Shown: one piece after another, positions 63,001 to 64,000 of the stretch | How the letters are laid out: every line of letters begins with the position of its first letter | Position numbering within the stretch: the stretch's first letter is position 1 | Assembly: GCA_030265395.1 (NCBI GenBank) | Contig: JARFYF010000104.1 | Location: forward strand, 79,684,013 to 79,748,012 | Origin: Rhina ancylostomus | Lineage: Eukaryota | DNA length: 64,000 bases | Reading direction: 5' to 3' | Made by a program: the position numbers and the translations under genes | The notes under the pieces: generated by a model | The model's input: only the letters and a program-made list of their open reading frames with translations | Databases searched by the model: none | What the model was told of the DNA's origin: nothing

Positions 63001-64000
63001 CAGGCGCAATTTTCAGGAAGTATTCACTGGGGATTTCATAAGGCCACGACAGGACCTTTGAGAACGTTCTCAGACACAGGTAAACACTGCACACGTGGAG
63101 AGAACAGACAACCTCGGGACCCAGTCCGCCCACAGGAACAACCAGGGTCAAACTGCTGACTCTGGATGANNNNNNNNNNNNNNNNNNNNNNNNNNNNNNN
63201 NNNNNNNNNNNNNNNNNNNNNNNNNNNNNNNNNNNNNNNNNNNNNNNNNNNNNNNNNNNNNNNNNNNNNCGTATGTCTTTAGATTGTGGGAGGAAACCGG
63301 AGCACCCGGAGGAAACCCACGCAGACACGGGGAAAACATATAAACTCCTTACAGGAATTGAACTCTGATCGCTGGCACTGTAATAGTGTTGCGCTAACCG
63401 CTACGCTACCTTGCCACCCAACTAAAAGCAATTACCTTCAATGAATAGATATATTGTAGTTTTAGAAATGAATTTAAGATCTTTATTAGTCACATGTACA
63501 TCGAAACACACAGTGAAATGTATCTTTTGCGTAGAGTGTTCTGGAAGCAGTCCACAAGTGTCGCCATGCTTCCAGTGGCAACATAGCATGCCCACAACTT
63601 CCTAACCTATATGTCTTTGGAATGTGGGAGGAAACCGGAGCACCCAGAGGAAACCCACACAAACATGGGCAGAACATACAAACTCCTTACAGACAGTGGC
63701 TGGAATTGAAACCAGGTCGCTGGCGCTGTAATAGTGTCACGCTAACCGCTACACCACCATGCCCGCCCGAGCTTTTTGATCTATTGGAATGTAATGACAC
63801 AGATATAACAAATTGCAAAGCCAAAGCCTTGAGTTTGTATCCGAGTAGCTTTCATTAACAATAAATGATGTGTGATTACAGTAAGCAGCCCTGAGGGAGG
63901 CATCCTTGGCAGATTCTTCCTCTAGGCACTGCTCCTATGGCTTTGTGCCACACTGTACTCCTACCTGTCAAGACTTCACTTAGGATACACTGGCTGCTAC
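35946..64000 (-). CDS. Uncharacterised multi-exon gene with a putative FAM186A/B C-terminal-like domain; 5' end beyond the window
   Basis: Exons 63965-64000, 59848-60064, 58399-58501, 57268-57444, 51750-51929, 49528-49670, 45676(or 45793)-45820, 43603-43823 and 38965-39101, probably with 35946-36004, join through GT-AG introns with matching phases into one stop-free frame of about 470 aa. Confidence 0.8.
36051..36914 (+). mobile_element. Penelope-like element 3' part (GIY-YIG endonuclease C-terminus plus pLTR-like tail)
   Basis: 36051-36260 translates NLRSVRNGHPKLPVACHFNSPSQSHTDLTTLGLLHCWNEAQCKPDEQHLILCLGSLQLRGKNIEFSNLR*, followed by a pyrimidine-rich tract and the ...tccagattccagcatctgcagtc terminus. 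Confidence 0.8.
37855..38380 (+). repeat. Older tRNA-derived chondrichthyan SINE; related copies at about 5830-6200 (-) and 39390-39600 (+)
   Basis: gagttcaaatc B-box-like; aaaacccatctgatccactaatgtcc...ccttacgtgtgact...ctgaaatggc. Confidence 0.55.
38965..39101 (-). CDS. Unnamed gene exon
   Basis: cattctag|(S)CRLPHLALRDDGRKDLACNKLQSHFTEKNSSSLHVALQKSMEENE|gttggc; 137 nt, phase 2 to 1; a second in-frame AG lies 6 nt downstream. Confidence 0.7.
39953..40265. mobile_element. Penelope-derived inverted-repeat (MITE-like) element
   Basis: Arms 39953-40020 and 40163-40230 are near-perfect reverse complements. Confidence 0.75.
40790..41387 (-). mobile_element. CR1 LINE 3' fragment running into a gap
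   Basis: ORF MRGIDRVDSWYLFPRVQMSNSRGHSLKVRG; upstream LVRPHLEY-like motif (tactccaaatgcggcctgactag). Confidence 0.85.
42085..43170 (-). mobile_element. CR1 LINE, RT domain to 3' end, frameshifted
   Basis: WLTGRRQRVGI..VTSGVPQGLVLG..FADDTEIGG..LQKDLDRLGEW; LVRPHLEYCEQFWVPYLRK..LERVQRRF. Confidence 0.92.
43603..43823 (-). CDS. Unnamed gene exon
   Basis: ttttatttctag|QIVSLTRSYYEKLQDLTPHYNKNPGSVENYIKGLWKMQIDNPESETLCRTILFSTPKLLEMEFKRNGVAQRNV|gtaaac; 221 nt, phase 0 to 2. This is a different frame from the ORF track entry. Confidence 0.8.
44150..44420 (-). mobile_element. Penelope-derived 3' fragment
   Basis: gctggaggaactcagcaagtcaggcagcatctatggaggga...gacccttcatctggactga followed by a purine-rich tract. 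Confidence 0.75.
45400..45615 (+). repeat. Ancient DeuSINE-like fragment; related pieces at about 35730-35900 (-) and 62950-63080 (+)
   Basis: atggcactattgaaggaggagcagg...cacaaaatggctgc..gtttcc...tgtaaaacaatttgg resembles the recalled Deu domain. Confidence 0.5.
45676..45820 (-). CDS. Unnamed gene exon with two in-frame donors
   Basis: ctgcttttag|PASKKNKAK[|gtaagt, exon end 45793]VSVHQRMPIKTDPLHQIPAPSFKASKQMVASSDISSSMP|gtacac; phase 2 to 0 with either donor. Confidence 0.7.
48190..48680 (+). mobile_element. CR1 LINE 3' fragment
   Basis: gaagagattcaccaggatgttgc...ctgaggggtgacctaacagaggtatataaaa...gtttaaggtgagagg. Confidence 0.8.
48731..49166. repeat. 74-bp inverted repeat (48731-48804 / 49093-49166)
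   Basis: Manual alignment gives 6 mismatches in 74 nt with a 288-nt spacer. Confidence 0.9.
49528..49670 (-). CDS. Unnamed gene exon
   Basis: attttaag|KKKGWNEEALKFTEQRKTLANTLTNTLENIEEESGLLLIKPTQSWKG(R)|gtaaaa; 143 nt, phase 0 to 2. Confidence 0.85.
50968..51272 (+). mobile_element. CR1 LINE ends flanking a gap
   Basis: KRKGGRQHKGNYRPISLSSVVGKILESILKD before the gap; CR1 3' tail (gatgggccgaatggccttcttctgctcc) after it. Confidence 0.8.
51750..51929 (-). CDS. Unnamed gene exon
   Basis: gtgttgcag|NAVRTMEQYIDLQKVRFSQLVKQYSQHVTLKEAEKCINDQVVTTKPISEVFKKMNELYIK|gtaatt; 180 nt, phase 0 to 0. Confidence 0.85.
55030..55212. mobile_element. Short Penelope-derived inverted-repeat element
   Basis: aaagtgcaggaaatactcagg...ggca ... 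tgctgcctgatctgccaagcatttccagtactttctgtttttatttt. Confidence 0.6.
55955..56280 (-). mobile_element. V-SINE/HE1-like SINE, degenerate
   Basis: aacaggcccttcagccca...ttacagtggccagttaacctacc...tgggaggaaa...aggattgaacct. Confidence 0.7.
57268..57444 (-). CDS. Unnamed gene exon
   Basis: gcaaag|ELDAIHHANVSQCTRRDMKFVKARDPDAILLFTRADVNHNTRVLTKGVNNNIILKENYK|gtagga; 177 nt, phase 0 to 0. Confidence 0.8.
58399..58501 (-). CDS. Unnamed gene exon
   Basis: ttatacag|QQQCDDVIQCNDKGQHQNKQQIDKRKIHISCLQR|gtaagt; 103 nt, phase 2 to 0. Confidence 0.75.
59848..60064 (-). CDS. Unnamed gene exon
   Basis: ttcttgacccaaag|(V)ISALLSSDGMKYPESSFGWLSHEKATINIEDVRDKASLKFLQDFGKDANSTILVDRAKGPSQTEFWNKFQL(L)|gtaagt; 217 nt, phase 1 to 2. 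Confidence 0.75.
61947..62160 (-). mobile_element. V-SINE/HE1-like SINE
   Basis: V-domain core tgtgggaggaaaccggagcacccagaggaaaccca; B-box-like ttgaacccggg. Confidence 0.85.
62165..62510 (+). mobile_element. Penelope-derived 3' fragment
   Basis: cagtcctcatgcagggtcttgacccaaaacattgac...agatgctgcttggcctgctgagttcctccagca. Confidence 0.75.
63270..63420 (-). mobile_element. V-SINE/HE1-like SINE
   Basis: tgtgggaggaaaccggagcacccggaggaaacccacgcagacacggg...gctaaccgctacgctacc. Confidence 0.85.
63474..63770 (-). mobile_element. V-SINE/HE1-like SINE with a LINE-derived tail
   Basis: ctttattagtcacatgtacatcgaaacacacagtgaaatg, then the V-domain core and tRNA-like head. Confidence 0.85.
63965..64000 (-). 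CDS. Unnamed gene, partial exon at the window edge
   Basis: SSQCILSEVLT-G|gtagga; phase 1 matches the next exon. Confidence 0.55.

Noticed and set aside
1-64000. CRISPR arrays, operons, rRNA or tRNA genes
   Set aside because: This is eukaryotic intron-rich DNA with no regularly spaced repeats; tRNA-like boxes occur only as SINE heads.

Overview
Vertebrate genomic DNA, AT-rich and CpG-depleted, with many N gaps. The repeats (V-SINE/HE1-like, CR1, Rex1/Babar, Penelope-like) point to a cartilaginous fish, possibly a batoid. Two multi-exon genes lie on the minus strand. (1) SNX2 (sorting nexin 2): coding exons 1, 2 and 4-12 are resolved with canonical splice sites between 25410 and 2443. Exon 3 is not visible (probably in a gap) and the last exons lie left of the window. 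(2) An unnamed gene upstream of SNX2 in the same orientation. I joined nine phase-compatible coding exons from the window edge (64000) down to 38965, plus a likely terminal exon near 36000. The protein resembles, from memory, the FAM186A/B C-terminal domain. The oddest item is one intact 146-nt exon of the gastric H+/K+-ATPase alpha subunit (ATP4A), with both splice sites, inside the SNX2 CpG-island promoter about 200 nt upstream of the SNX2 ATG. It abuts a 100-N gap, so it is either a transposed exon or a mis-assembly. Also noted: a 74-bp inverted duplication captured inside a Penelope-derived element, and decayed hammerhead-like motifs. All homology calls are from recall; no searches were run.
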